Part shown: piece after piece, positions 22,005 to 32,344 of the stretch | Layout of the letters: the number at the start of each line of letters is the position of its first letter | Position numbering within the stretch: the stretch's first letter is position 1 | DNA from: Chloroflexota bacterium | GTDB lineage: Bacteria; Chloroflexota; Limnocylindria; Limnocylindrales; CSP1-4 | Length of the DNA stretch: 64,000 nucleotides | Reading direction: 5' to 3' | NCBI GenBank assembly: GCA_042408925.1 | Contig: JBHOQO010000096.1 | Coordinates: 2,728-66,727 of the forward strand | Notes under the pieces: generated by a model | What the model saw: only the letters and a program-made list of their open reading frames with translations | Told to the model about the DNA's origin: nothing | Databases searched by the model: none | Position numbers and translations under genes: made by a program

Positions 22005-22454
22005 TCAGAGCCGCCTTCTGAGGTATGTCGTCGCCGTCGGGTCGTAGCCGAGGGATTCGTAGAGGTGCCGGGCCTCCGGGCGGTGATGACCGGCGGTCAC
22101 CTCGACGAAGGCGCAGTCATGCTCGGCGGCCCACGCCTCGGCCGCCTCCATGAGGAGGTGGCCGAGCCCCCGCTCGCGCACGCCGGCCTCGACGACGAGG
22201 GCGACGACCCGGGCGATCCAGTCGCCGTGCTCGAACCGCGGCAGGCGGGCGACGGCGACGAAGCCGAGGACCTCGCCGTCGACGTCGGCGACGACGACGG
22301 TGCCCCGGTCGGCACCGAAGCGCTCCAGTCGGGCGGCGATGTCGCTCGCTCCGGCAGGGTACCCCTCGTCGGTCAGGAGGCTCGCGATCCGCTCGGCATC
22401 GGCATCGGTCGCCGGGCGGAGGGTGACGGCTGCGCGGTCGATCACGACGGCCAT
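22005..22454 (-). CDS. GNAT family N-acetyltransferase
   Basis: VVVADVDGEVLGFVAVARL...ARVVALVVEAGVRERGLGHLLMEAAEAWAAEHDCAFVEV carries the GNAT motif A (R/Q-x-x-G-x-G/A). Start at the internal Met (MAVVIDRA). Confidence 0.8.
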   Translation of the reverse strand: MAVVIDRAAVTLRPATDADAERIASLLTDEGYPAGASDIAARLERFGADRGTVVVADVDGEVLGFVAVARLPRFEHGDWIARVVALVVEAGVRERGLGHLLMEAAEAWAAEHDCAFVEVTAGHHRPEARHLYESLGYDPTATTYLRRRL

Positions 22455-22573
22455 GGTAGCCGGTCGCGGCGGGGCCGGGAGGACGGTCCGGACCGGTCCC
22501 CGCTCGCGGCGAAACCGACCGGGCTGCAGGTCCGTATCAGGGATCGACGGGCGGTTGTGACCGCCCGACCCCC

Positions 22574-23080
22574 GTGAACCGGTACCAAGGAGGAGCTGCC
22601 ATGTCGATGACCCGAGGGGCCGGCGCCCGCTTCGCCGCCCCGATCGCCTTCGCCGTCGCCCTCGGCCTCGCCGGCTGCGGCGGGGCCGCGAGTCCCTCGG
22701 CGGTTCCATCCGCGCCGCCCTCGCCGTCGGCGAGCCAGCCGTCGGCGAGCCAGCCGGCCGCCTCGGCCGAACCGTCGGCCCCCGCCTCGGCCGCCCTCGC
22801 CTGCGCGAGCAGCTCGAACGCTCCCGCGGTGACGGTCACGATCAAGGGCTTCGCCTACAGCCCTTCGACGGTGACGATCAAGGCCGGCCAGGCCGTCACG
22901 TTCCAGGACGAGGATGGCGTCCCCCACACGGTGACGATGCTCGACGGCGCCTGCGACAGCGGAACGATCAGCGGCGGCGGCGGCTCGGCGACGCTCGTCT
23001 TCAGCGCCCCCGGCACGTACCGGTACCACTGCCGGATCCACCCGACGATGCCGACGGCGACGATCGTCGTCGAGGGCTGA
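22574..23080 (+). CDS. Cupredoxin-like (blue copper) lipoprotein
   Basis: A lipobox (ALGLAGCGG) and C-terminal HCRIHPTM with an upstream His (PHTVTM), giving a type-1 copper ligand set. Confidence 0.7.
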   Translation: MNRYQGGAAMSMTRGAGARFAAPIAFAVALGLAGCGGAASPSAVPSAPPSPSASQPSASQPAASAEPSAPASAALACASSSNAPAVTVTIKGFAYSPSTVTIKAGQAVTFQDEDGVPHTVTMLDGACDSGTISGGGGSATLVFSAPGTYRYHCRIHPTMPTATIVVEG

Positions 23081-23125
23081 GCGCCGGAGCCGCGCCGGGA
23101 GTCGTTCGCCGGTGCGAACCCGGCC

Positions 23126-24022
23126 CTACTCCCGGCGCCGGAAGCTCGCCGCGCCGACCGCGAGCATGACGAACCCGAAGAGGACGAGGATCCCGAGCTC
23201 GAGCCCCACCGGCAGGACCCGGTCGAAGATCGTCAACCCGAGCGACTCAACGAACGACGCCGGCAGCGATTCGCCGAGGGCGATCCGGCGGAGCGGGTCC
23301 ATCCCGTACGTCACCGGGTCGATCCGGCTCAGGACCGCCATCCAGTCGGGGACGCCCCGGAGCGGGAAGAGCGACCCCGAGAGGAAGAACATCGGCATGA
23401 GCAGGAAGTTCATGACGATCTGGAAGCCCTGCATCGTCGTCATCCGCGAGGCGATCGCGACGCCCATCGCCGAGAGGGCGAAGGCGAGGACGAAGAGGGC
23501 GACCGCGAGGGCGACGACGGTGCCGGGCCCCAGATCGACGCCGACGACCGGGGCGAGGACGAGGACAAGGAGCCCCTGGAGCATCGCCTGGGTCGCCCCG
23601 CCGAGGGTCTTGCCGACGGCGACCGCGGAGCGGTCGACCGGGGCGACGAGGATCTCCTTGAGGAAGCCGAACTCGCGGTCCCAGACGATCGACATCGCCC
23701 CGAAGACGGCGCTGAAGAGGACGGCCATCCCGACGACGCCCGGGTAGACGAACTCGGTGTAGCCGACCGAACCGACCCCGCCGCCGGTACCCCCGCCCGG
23801 GCTGAAGGCGCCGCCGATCGACGAGCCGAGCCCGGCGCCGAAGACGACGAGGAAGAGGAGGGGCTGGGCGAGCGAGCCGACGATCCGGGCCCGGTCCCGC
23901 CAGAAGCGAAGGAGGTCACGGTACCAGACGACGGCCACGCCGCGGGCGAAGGCCGCCGTCCGGCCGGAGATCGGGCGCGGGGCCGTCGCCGCCCGCGGTT
24001 GGAGCAGCCCGTTCGTCGTCAT
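23126..24022 (-). CDS. ABC-2 family transporter permease
   Basis: Six TM helices and an ABC-2 signature region. Overlaps the upstream ATPase stop. Confidence 0.75.
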   Translation of the reverse strand: MTTNGLLQPRAATAPRPISGRTAAFARGVAVVWYRDLLRFWRDRARIVGSLAQPLLFLVVFGAGLGSSIGGAFSPGGGTGGGVGSVGYTEFVYPGVVGMAVLFSAVFGAMSIVWDREFGFLKEILVAPVDRSAVAVGKTLGGATQAMLQGLLVLVLAPVVGVDLGPGTVVALAVALFVLAFALSAMGVAIASRMTTMQGFQIVMNFLLMPMFFLSGSLFPLRGVPDWMAVLSRIDPVTYGMDPLRRIALGESLPASFVESLGLTIFDRVLPVGLELGILVLFGFVMLAVGAASFRRRE

Positions 24023-25044
24023 CGTCGCCCTCCCCAGGCTCGGTGCATCATCCGCATCCGGTCGGTCGCCCCGGGGGCTTCGTCCCGGATCGCGTGGCCG
24101 GTCAGCTTCAAGAAGACGTCGTCGAGGCTCGGGCGGTGGGCGGCGACCGAGACGACGGGGACCGTCAGCTCCCGGACGAGCTTCGGGATGATCGCCGCCC
24201 CGTCGGCGACCTCAATCCGGAGGGCGCCGCCGTCGGCCCGGGCCTCGAGGCCGAAGCGCTCCCGGAGCTGGGCGGCCGCGGCGGCGTCGTCCTCGGTGCG
24301 CAGCTCGACGACGTCGCCCCCGACCAGCGACTTGAGTTCCGCCGGGGTGCCGAGGGCGACGATCCGCCCCCCGTCGATGATCGCAATCCGATCGCACTCC
24401 TCGGCCTCGTCCATGTAGTGGGTCGTCATGAAGAGCGTGACCCCCTCGACGTCCCGGAGCCGGCGGAGGTAGCCCCAGACGTGCCGGCGCGTCTGGGGAT
24501 CGAGGCCGATCGTCGGTTCGTCGAGGAAGAGGACCTCCGGGGTGTGGAGCATGCCGCGGGCGATCTCGAGCCGGCGCCGCATCCCGCCCGAGAACGTCGA
24601 CACCTGGGCGTCGGCCCGATCGGCGAGCTCGACCATCTCGAGGGCCCGCGCGATCCGCTCGCGCCGCTCCCGCCCCGGGACGCCGTAGATGACGGCGTGG
24701 AAGAAGAGGTTCTCCCGGGCGGTCAGCTGGGCGTCGAGGGACGGGTCCTGGAAGACGAGGCCGATCCGGGCCCGGACCGCGTCGGGGTGGCGGTCGACGT
24801 CGAAGCCTGCGACCGTCGCCCGGCCGGCCGTCGGGCGAAGGAGCGTGCAGAGCATGTTGATCGTCGTCGTCTTCCCGGCTCCGTTCGGCCCGAGGAAGCC
24901 GAAGATCTCCCCGCGCCGGACGGCGAGGTCGACGCCGCGGACGGCCTCGAGGGTGCCGAAGCGGCGGGTGAGGCCGACCGTCTCAATGACGGGGTCGCCG
25001 AGGGCCGGGCTGTTTGAAGCGGCAGCGGCCGCCGGTGCGCTCAC
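24019..25044 (-). CDS. ABC transporter ATP-binding protein (DrrA-like)
   Basis: GFLGPNGAGKTTTINML, FSGGMRRRLEIARGML, LFLDEPTIGLDP. Confidence 0.9.
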   Translation of the reverse strand: MSAPAAAAASNSPALGDPVIETVGLTRRFGTLEAVRGVDLAVRRGEIFGFLGPNGAGKTTTINMLCTLLRPTAGRATVAGFDVDRHPDAVRARIGLVFQDPSLDAQLTARENLFFHAVIYGVPGRERRERIARALEMVELADRADAQVSTFSGGMRRRLEIARGMLHTPEVLFLDEPTIGLDPQTRRHVWGYLRRLRDVEGVTLFMTTHYMDEAEECDRIAIIDGGRIVALGTPAELKSLVGGDVVELRTEDDAAAAAQLRERFGLEARADGGALRIEVADGAAIIPKLVRELTVPVVSVAAHRPSLDDVFLKLTGHAIRDEAPGATDRMRMMHRAWGGRR

Positions 25045-25643
25045 GGCCGGGCCTCCGGCGTGTCACCGGGCTCGCGCGTGCCGGACGCCTCCGGCGCCGC
25101 GTTGCCCCCGCCCACCCCGGCGTCGTCCTCGGCGAGGATCCGGTAGAGCTGGCGGCGGGCGTCACGGAGGAGCGCCTCGGCTCGCGAGCGCGCCCCCGCC
25201 GAGCCGACCCGTTCGACCTGGACGGCGGCTGCCACGAGCTGGGCGGCAAGGACCCGGAGCTCCTCGGCGCCCGGCTCGCCGCGGGCTGCGAAAAACCGTT
25301 CGGCGTGCGTCGTCCGGACGGCTTCGGCGGCCCGCCGTCCCTCGTCGGTGAGGGCATACGTCCGTCGACCCTCTCGCTCTTCGCTCCGGACGAGCCCCTC
25401 GTCCTCGAGCTGCTGGAGGGTCGGGTAGATGGAGCCGGCGCTCGGCCGCCAAACGCCGCCGCTCCTGGCTTCGAGGTCCTGGATGATCTGATAGCCGTGC
25501 TTCGGACCGTCGATCAGGGACCGGAGGACCGCCACCCGGACGATCCCCCGCTTGACGGCGGGGCCGCTCCCGAACGGCCCGAAGGCGGCTCGCATGGCAT
25601 GGCGCCAGAACGGCCACGCGGGACTGTGGTGATCCATCGGCAC
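25041..25643 (-). CDS. PadR family transcriptional regulator
   Basis: LRSLIDGPKHGYQIIQDLEARSGGVWRPSAGSIYPTLQQLEDEGLV is a PadR winged HTH. First of a three-gene operon with the ABC ATPase and permease. Confidence 0.8.
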   Translation of the reverse strand: MPMDHHSPAWPFWRHAMRAAFGPFGSGPAVKRGIVRVAVLRSLIDGPKHGYQIIQDLEARSGGVWRPSAGSIYPTLQQLEDEGLVRSEEREGRRTYALTDEGRRAAEAVRTTHAERFFAARGEPGAEELRVLAAQLVAAAVQVERVGSAGARSRAEALLRDARRQLYRILAEDDAGVGGGNAAPEASGTREPGDTPEARP

Positions 25644-25808
25644 TCCTCGCTGCTCGTGAAGCGACCAGCCCTTCGGCGTGCCAACACGATATATCGCGAT
25701 GATCGGGACGTCAAGGGCTAGCGGTCGGCGGGGACGAGGTCGACCGCAGCCCGGCCGGCACGGCGGCGCAGCCGAACGGCTCCTCGACGCGCCGAGGGCC
25801 GGCGCGGT

Positions 25809-26135
25809 CTAGCTCGAGGGCCCGAGGGACGACGGTCGCCGGGCCTGGCGTCGGATCCGCCAGGCGGCACGCTCGGCGGCGGCGGTTGCGGCGGCGGTCC
25901 CGACGGCGACGCCGAGATCGAACGGCAGGGCGACCTCGAACCCGAAGAGGCCGACCGTGGGCCCGACCGACAGGCCAAGGCGGTGCCCGACGAGGTAGAG
26001 GGCGAGGAACGAAGCGGCGATCGGCGGGATGGCAGCGACCCGGGACGGAGGCCCGACGACGCGCCAGGCGGCGACCCCCGAGGCGACGGAAACGACGGAG
26101 AAGAAGCCGACGAGGGCGTAGGCGTTGGCAGGCAT
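25809..26135 (-). CDS. Small hypothetical membrane protein
   Basis: 108 aa with three predicted TM helices. No homology recognised. Confidence 0.35.
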   Translation of the reverse strand: MPANAYALVGFFSVVSVASGVAAWRVVGPPSRVAAIPPIAASFLALYLVGHRLGLSVGPTVGLFGFEVALPFDLGVAVGTAAATAAAERAAWRIRRQARRPSSLGPSS

Positions 26136-26231
26136 GCCGCTAGGCTATCGCAGCGTCCGCGCGGCAGGCTCGGCCCTCGGCGCCGATCCTGGGTAATCGG
26201 GTGGTGAGCAGCGCCCGTCATCCTGCCGCCC

Positions 26232-26885
26232 ATGCCGAAACGCCCCGCCGTCGTTGAGCGAGGTCGAACTCGCGGCCACGAGACGCTGCGGCTCGTCGCC
26301 CGTGAGTTGCGGTTTGCCCGACTCGACCGCGGCCTGACCCAGGAAGCGCTGGCTGACGCCCTCGGGATCGACCGCTCGACCGTCAGCCGGATCGAGCACG
26401 GTCGGGTCGAGGACCTCTCCATCGTGGCCGCGACGCAGCTGCTGGCCGCCGTCGGCCTGGAGCTGTCGATCCGCGCCTACCCGGCCGGCCCGCCGCTTCG
26501 TGACGCCGCGCACGCCAACCTGCTCCGGCGGTTTCGGGCACGCCTCCACCGCTCCCTCGGCTGGGCGACCGAGGTCCCGCTGCCGATCCCCGGCGATCTT
26601 CGTGCCTGGGACGCGCTCGTCAGCGGCCAGGGTTGGCGCTGCGGAGTCGAGGCCGAGACCGGACCGCGCGACGGACAGGCGCTCGAACGCCGAATCGCCC
26701 TGAAGCAGCGCGACGGAGGCGTCGACTACGTCGTCCTGCTCCTCCTCGAGGGCCGCCGCAACCGAACCTTCGTGCGGGAATACGCCGACGTCCTACAGGC
26801 CCGGTTCCCGGTCCCCGGGAGGCGCGCCCTCGAGCTCCTCGGTGCCGGCGTTGCCCCGGGCGGGAACGCGGTGATCCTCCTCTGA
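26232..26885 (+). CDS. XRE family helix-turn-helix transcriptional regulator
   Basis: LTQEALADALGIDRSTVSRIEHGR is an HTH_3 motif. It has a C-terminal domain of unknown function. Confidence 0.7.
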   Translation: MPKRPAVVERGRTRGHETLRLVARELRFARLDRGLTQEALADALGIDRSTVSRIEHGRVEDLSIVAATQLLAAVGLELSIRAYPAGPPLRDAAHANLLRRFRARLHRSLGWATEVPLPIPGDLRAWDALVSGQGWRCGVEAETGPRDGQALERRIALKQRDGGVDYVVLLLLEGRRNRTFVREYADVLQARFPVPGRRALELLGAGVAPGGNAVILL

Positions 26886-27018
26886 GCGAGGCCGGCCCGG
26901 ACATGACCCCCATCCGAGGAGAGGACGACCGCAGAGGGGCAGGAGCCGGAACCGGCGGACGGCTCGCGGAGAGCGCGGAGCCGAACGGCCTCGCCCGCGG
27001 GTCGAGCCCGGGGCGGCC

Positions 27019-27324
27019 GCGTGCACCCGGTGCACATTCTGACGGCCGCTACCGCCGCCCGGGCGGCTGGCATGCTGATTCTGTGAACCTGGTGCACGCC
27101 GTCGGCCGGTCGGGGGAGACCGGACCGGCCGGCTGCTGAGGACGTGCACGGGACGCACGCCGTCGACCCGGGAGGTGCCCCTCGGCCCCGGAATGTGCAC
27201 CCCACGCACGCCGCCGCCGGCAACGTGCACCGGGTGCACGGAACCGACAGGGGCGCGACCGGCGGGACTGGCCGGACCGTGCCGCCGCGCCGGCAACGTG
27301 CACCGGGTGCACGGTACCGACAGG
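27019..27324. repeat. Array of GTGCAC-containing palindromes: three copies of a 17-bp palindrome CGTGCACC-N-GGTGCACG plus three half-site-like units
   Basis: Palindrome copies at 27019-27035, 27223-27239 and 27297-27313. The last two sit inside an approx 35-bp direct repeat CCGGCAACGTGCACCGGGTGCACGG(A/T)ACCGACAGGG. Related GTGCACG...ACGCACGCC units lie at about 27090, 27143 and 27194. Confidence 0.7.
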
Positions 27325-27340
27325 GTCGTCCACCGGGGCC

Positions 27341-27410
27341 GGGCGCGGGCCGCCTCGTCCGGGCGCGCACCGCCTCGTCCGGGCGCGCACCGCCTCGTCC
27401 GGGCGCGGGC
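27341..27410. repeat. 20-bp tandem repeat (CACCGCCTCGTCCGGGCGCG) x3.5 immediately 3' of the rpoD stop
   Basis: Seen directly: ...gggccgcctcgtccgggcgcg caccgcctcgtccgggcgcg caccgcctcgtccgggcgcg ggccc, then the stop at 27412. Confidence 0.8.
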
Positions 27411-27411
27411 C

Positions 27412-29139
27412 CTACTCCAGGTAGTCCTTCAGCTTCCGCGATCGACTCGGGTGGCGGAGCTTTCGGAGCGCCTTCGCCTCGATCTGGCGGATCCGCTCCC
27501 GCGTCACGTTGAACTCCTTGCCCACCTCCTCGAGGGTCCGGGCCCGCCCGTCTTCGAGGCCGAACCGGAGCTGCAGGACCCGCCGCTCCCGACCGGTGAG
27601 CGAACCCAGGACAGCCTCGACCTGCTCGCGGAGGAGTTGGCGCGAGGCCGCGTCGGCAGGCGCCACCGCCCCGCGATCCTCGATGAAGTCGCCGAGGTGG
27701 GAGTCCTCCTCCTCGCCGACCGGAGCCTCGAGCGAGACCGGCTCCTGGCTCACCTTCATGATCTCCCGGACCCGCTCGGGCCCGACCGGCTGCTCCTGAC
27801 CCCGCGACATCGCCTCGGCGATCTCCTCGAGCGTGGGCTCCCGCCCCAGATCCTGGAGAAGCTGGCGGGAGACCCGCATGAGGCGGTTGATCGTCTCGAC
27901 CATGTGGACCGGGATCCGGATCGTCCGAGCCTGGTCGGCGATCGCCCGGGTGATCGCCTGCCGGATCCACCAGGTCGCGTACGTCGAGAACTTGTAGCCC
28001 TTTTCGTACTCGAACTTCTCGACCGCCCGGATGAGCCCGATGTTCCCCTCCTGGATGAGGTCGAGGAAGCTCATCCCCCGGCCGATGTACTTCTTCGCGA
28101 TCGAGACGACGAGCCGCAGGTTCGCGGCCGTGAGCTGCTCACGGGCCTCTCGCCCGAGGCGGACGACCTCGCCCTTCCGGTGGAGGAGCTTCGTGCCCGC
28201 CGGGACCGACGGGTCGTAGCCCATCCGTCGGAGGAGCTCGGCGTCGTGGCCGGCCCGGATCCAGCGTTCGAGGGCCGGGTAGGCGACGGCCTCCCGGGTC
28301 CAGTCGTAGATCGCCCGGAGGCTCGGGTTGTCCCGGGACTCGACGTCGCCGCTGTGGACGGCCTGGTACGCCCAATCGAGGAGCGGCAGGAACGTCTCCG
28401 CGGACGGGGCGGCGACGTAGGCGGCGAGGAGTCGCCGGGCCTGCCGGAGGTGGGCCCGGGTCGGCTCGTGGCTCGTCGCCCGGACCGCCCGCTGGAGGTG
28501 GACGTCGGGCGGCGGACCGAAGAGCTCCCTCGCCTCCGGTGCCGCAAGGGCGGCCCGAACGATCCGGTGGGCGTCCTCGGCGAAGGGCAGTCGGTACTGC
28601 TCGCGGGTCGCCCGGGTCGCCGCCTCGGTCCGGTGGAGCGTCCATTCGTGGAGGCTGACGAGCGCCTTCCACGGCGCCTCGGCCATCTGCTCACCGAGCT
28701 CGATCGCCTTGGCGAGGACGACCTCCTCCTCGGCCGTCAGGAGCGGAACCTTCCCGATCTCCTTGAGATACATCCGGACCGGGTCGTCGATCCCGACGAC
28801 GTCGGCCTCGAGGTCCTCGAGCTCCTCGGGGCTCGGCTCCTCGAGGGTGACCGCATCGAGGTCGCCGGGTCCCTCGTCCGCCTCGTCGTACCCTCCGTCC
28901 ACGTCGGCTTCGATGGCCGCGGCGACGACGGCGTCGGGGACCTCGGCGAGCGGCTCGGTTCCGAGCTCGGGATCGAGCTCCCCCTCGAGCTCGCCCGGGG
29001 CCGGCTCGTCCCGGTCGGCCGCTCCTCCCCCGCGCCGCCGCCGCGACGCCGCCAGGCGCGCCTCCGCCAGCTCGGTCGCCGACGGTCGCGGCCGTCGGAG
29101 CAGCCCCTCGACGAGCCGCCGATCGAGCGGGTCGGACAT
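27412..29139 (-). CDS. rpoD: Primary-type RNA polymerase sigma factor (RpoD/SigA) with a large non-conserved-region insertion
   Basis: Region 1.2 ([22 protein letters not shown]), 2.x ([32 protein letters not shown]), 3 and 4.2 ([29 protein letters not shown]). Start at the internal Met (MSDPLDRR). Confidence 0.9.
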   Translation of the reverse strand: MSDPLDRRLVEGLLRRPRPSATELAEARLAASRRRRGGGAADRDEPAPGELEGELDPELGTEPLAEVPDAVVAAAIEADVDGGYDEADEGPGDLDAVTLEEPSPEELEDLEADVVGIDDPVRMYLKEIGKVPLLTAEEEVVLAKAIELGEQMAEAPWKALVSLHEWTLHRTEAATRATREQYRLPFAEDAHRIVRAALAAPEARELFGPPPDVHLQRAVRATSHEPTRAHLRQARRLLAAYVAAPSAETFLPLLDWAYQAVHSGDVESRDNPSLRAIYDWTREAVAYPALERWIRAGHDAELLRRMGYDPSVPAGTKLLHRKGEVVRLGREAREQLTAANLRLVVSIAKKYIGRGMSFLDLIQEGNIGLIRAVEKFEYEKGYKFSTYATWWIRQAITRAIADQARTIRIPVHMVETINRLMRVSRQLLQDLGREPTLEEIAEAMSRGQEQPVGPERVREIMKVSQEPVSLEAPVGEEEDSHLGDFIEDRGAVAPADAASRQLLREQVEAVLGSLTGRERRVLQLRFGLEDGRARTLEEVGKEFNVTRERIRQIEAKALRKLRHPSRSRKLKDYLE

Positions 29140-29218
29140 CGTCAGCCTCGGACGCTCCGCGGATCCCGGCCCGCGAGCCCCCGGCACTTCGGTCGCCCGG
29201 CCGCCACGGCGCTCCTCC

Positions 29219-31229
29219 CTACGGCACCGCGGCCGCCGGGCGACGAGCGGGGTCCGGGCTCCGCCGGGCCAGGAGGCGGGCCTGCTCACGGCGGCGGTGG
29301 AGCGAGCGCCAGGCCTCGTGGATCTGGCGCTCCTGGGCGAGGAGCTCGGTCATCGCCGCCCGGTCGCCGCGGCGCTCCGCCTCGGCCTGGGCAGCCCGGT
29401 TGTACTCGCTCCGCTCGGCGAGCGCCTCGGCCTCGAGGTTGAGGACGAGGTTCTCCAGTTCGTAGACCTGACGCTCGGGGGACAGGAGCCGCGGATCGGG
29501 TCCCTCGATGGCGAGGACGGCCGTGGCGAGGGCTCGAACCTCCGGCTCGAGCGCGGCCCGCAGCCGCTCGAGGTCGAAGGCCCCGGGGACCCCGGCGTCG
29601 TCCGGTGCCCGCATCTCGACGATCGCCCGGTAGAGCTCCCGAGCGAGGGTCGACGGCAGCTGGTCGGGGCCGAGCTCCTCGACGGCCCGGAGCTGGAGCT
29701 CGGGGACGAGGAGCAGGAGGCGGAGGAGCTCGACCTCGCTCGGACTGACCGCCCGGACGACCTCGCGCGGGTGGAGCTCCTCCGACGCCGCCCGGACCGC
29801 CTCGAGGGTCAGCCGGATCCCGCCGTGGTCGGTGTCCCCGGCCGCCCGCCCGATCGCGGTCCGGCTCCGGAGCGCCTCCCGGAGGACGTCGACGTCGGTC
29901 GCCGCGCGGCGGGCGAGGTGGAGGAGCGCCCCGTCGCGGACCGTCGGGTCGGCGACCCGCCGCAGGACCGGCAGGACCGCGTCGACGAGCCGCCGTCGGC
30001 CGTCGGCCGTCCGGACGTCGACCCGGGCGGCGTGGACGTCGACGAGGTACTCGAGGATGCCGACCGGCGCCGCGACGGCCGCCGCCCAGATCTCCGGCGA
30101 GTCGCGGATGACCTCGTCCGGATCCCGGCCCTCGGGCAGCCGAACGACGCCGACGTCGGTGAGCCCGAACTCCGCCCCCGCCGTCTGGACCTCCGAGATC
30201 AGGGCGGTCAGCTCGCTGACCCCGAAGGCGCCGGCGCTCTGGCCGGCCGGATCGACGTCGTAGGCGAGGGCGACCCGCCGGGCATAGCGGCCGAGGATCG
30301 CGACCTGGCCGGGGGTGAGGGCCGTCCCGAGGGAGGCGACGACGTTCTCGAAGCCGGCCTGGTGGGCCATGAGGGCGTCGGTATAGCCCTCGACGAGGAC
30401 GGCCTGGCCGCTCCGCCGGATCGCCGCCTTCGCCCGGTCGATGAGATAGAGGGTTCGGCTCTTGTCGAAGAGCGGCGTCGCCGGCGAGTTCAGGTACTTG
30501 GGCCCGACGTCCCGCCGACCCGCCTCGCCGCGCCCGCCCTCACCGGTGCCCGAGCCGGACCCGGGCTCCGACCCCTCGAGGATCCGACCCCCGAGCCCGG
30601 TCGGCGCGCCGGACGCGTCCCGGATCGGGAAGATGATCCGGGACCGGAAGCGGTCGTAGGCGCCCCGACCGCCGGGCCGCGGCACGGTCAGCCCCGCGGC
30701 GGCGAGCTCCTCGGGGGTGATCCCGCGCCGCCGCCCGAGCTCCCGGCTCAGCGTGTCCCAACCGGCCGGCGCCCAGCCAAGCTGGAAGCGCTCGATCGTC
30801 GCGTCGCTGAAGCCCCGGCGACGGAGATAGTCGAGGGCGGGCTGGCCGACCCGATGACCGGTGAGGACGGCGTGGTAGAAGGCGATCGCCGTCTCGAGGA
30901 CCTCCCGAAGGCGCGCCCGCCGCCCGTCGTCCCGGCTCGGGCGCTCGTCCAGCTCGACCCCGGCCCGGGCCGCCAGCCGCCTGAGCGCCTCCGGAAAGCC
31001 GACCCCGTCCCGCTCCATCACGAAGCTGAAGACGTCACCGCCCTTCCCGCAGCCGAAGCACTTGTACGTGCCGCGAGCCGGGGTGACGACGAAGCTCGGC
31101 GTCTTCTCGGCGTGGAACGGACAAAGCCCCTTGAACGTCGTCCCGGCCTTTCGGAGCGCGACGGTCTCGCCGACGACGTCGACGATGGAGAGTCTGCTCT
31201 TGATCTCGGCCGCTGCGCCGACCGCCAAT
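29219..31229 (-). CDS. dnaG: DNA primase DnaG
   Basis: CHC2 zinc finger ([37 protein letters not shown]) and TOPRIM ([30 protein letters not shown]). The 5' 220 codons of the ORF are low-complexity antisense. The only candidate start before the first conserved residues is a TTG near 31229. Confidence 0.85.
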
Positions 31230-31409
31230 CGGACCTCCCGACGCGCCCCCGCGTCCGACCGTTGCGCACCCGCCGGACACGACTGTGGGCCTGTCAAGTC
31301 TTGACAGGCCGACGGGCGCCGATTGTATGCCCGCCCCGCGGCGCCGACAAGCGAAGCGCCGATACCCGCGCCGAGGCTCCGATCGGCCGGCCGGCCGGCC
31401 TCGGGGTAC

Positions 31410-32344
31410 GCTCCAGCGTGATGCGTCCGTTCCGCTTCGCCGTCACGGCCGCCTGGGCCCCCGATGCGGCAGCCTGGCAGGACCTCGCCCGCCGCGCCGA
31501 GGCGCTCGGCTACGACGCCCTCGTCGTCCCCGACCACCTCGCACGCCAGCTCGCCCCGATCGCCGCCCTCGCGACCGCGGCGGCCGCGACGACCCGCCTC
31601 CGGATCGGCTCGTACGTCTTCGCCAACGACTTCCGCCACCCGCTCGTCCTCGCCCGGGAGGTCGCCACCCTCGACCGCCTCTCGGGCGGCCGGGTCCTCC
31701 TGGGGCTCGGGGCCGGCTGGCGGATCCCCGACTACCGCCAGCTCGGGCTCCCGTACGATCCGCCGGGAACCCGGATCGAGCGACTCGCCGAAGCCGTCGG
31801 CCTCGTGAAGCGGCTCCTGGCGGGCGAGGAGGTGACCCACACCGGCCGGCACTATCGGTTCGAGCGGGCGACGGTCGAGCCCCGGCCGATCCAGCGGCCC
31901 CACCCCCCGATCATCCTCGGCGGGGGCGGACGCCGGATGCTTCGGCTCGCCGCCCGCGAGGCCGACATCGTCGGTCTCCTCCCCCAGTTCGACGCCCGGG
32001 GGCGACCGATCGTCCGCCAGGCGACCGAGGCGGCGACGGCAGCGAAGGTCGCCCTCGTCCGTGAGGCGGCCGGCTCACGCTGGGGGAGCTTCGACCTCGA
32101 CGTCCTCGTCGCCGACGCCGGGCTCGTCGACTGGCCGCGGCGGCCCCTCCGATCGGTCTGGAGCCTCGCCGCCGCCGGCGCCGGGGCCCTCGTCGGGACC
32201 CCGTACCTGCTCCACGGCACGCTTCGACGCCTCGAAGCCCTCCTCCTCCGCCGCCGCGAGGCCTGGGGCCTGAACTCGTACACCGTCCCCGCCGACGCCA
32301 TGGAGGCGATCGCCCCGCTCGTCGAGCGACTCGCCGGACGCTGA
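31410..32344 (+). CDS. LLM-class (luciferase-like) F420-dependent oxidoreductase
   Basis: MRPFRFAVTAA...LGYDALVVPDHL...RLRIGSYVF...GGRVLLGLGAGW is a luciferase-like monooxygenase fold, F420-dependent class. The rest of ORF 28709.. is antisense junk. Confidence 0.85.

Noticed and set aside
28709-31409. First approx 900 codons of ORF 28709..32344(+) 1211 aa and ORF 27175..29442(+) 755 aa
   Set aside because: Antisense to rpoD and dnaG, which have unmistakable conserved motifs. Only the last 311 codons (the LLM oxidoreductase) are real.
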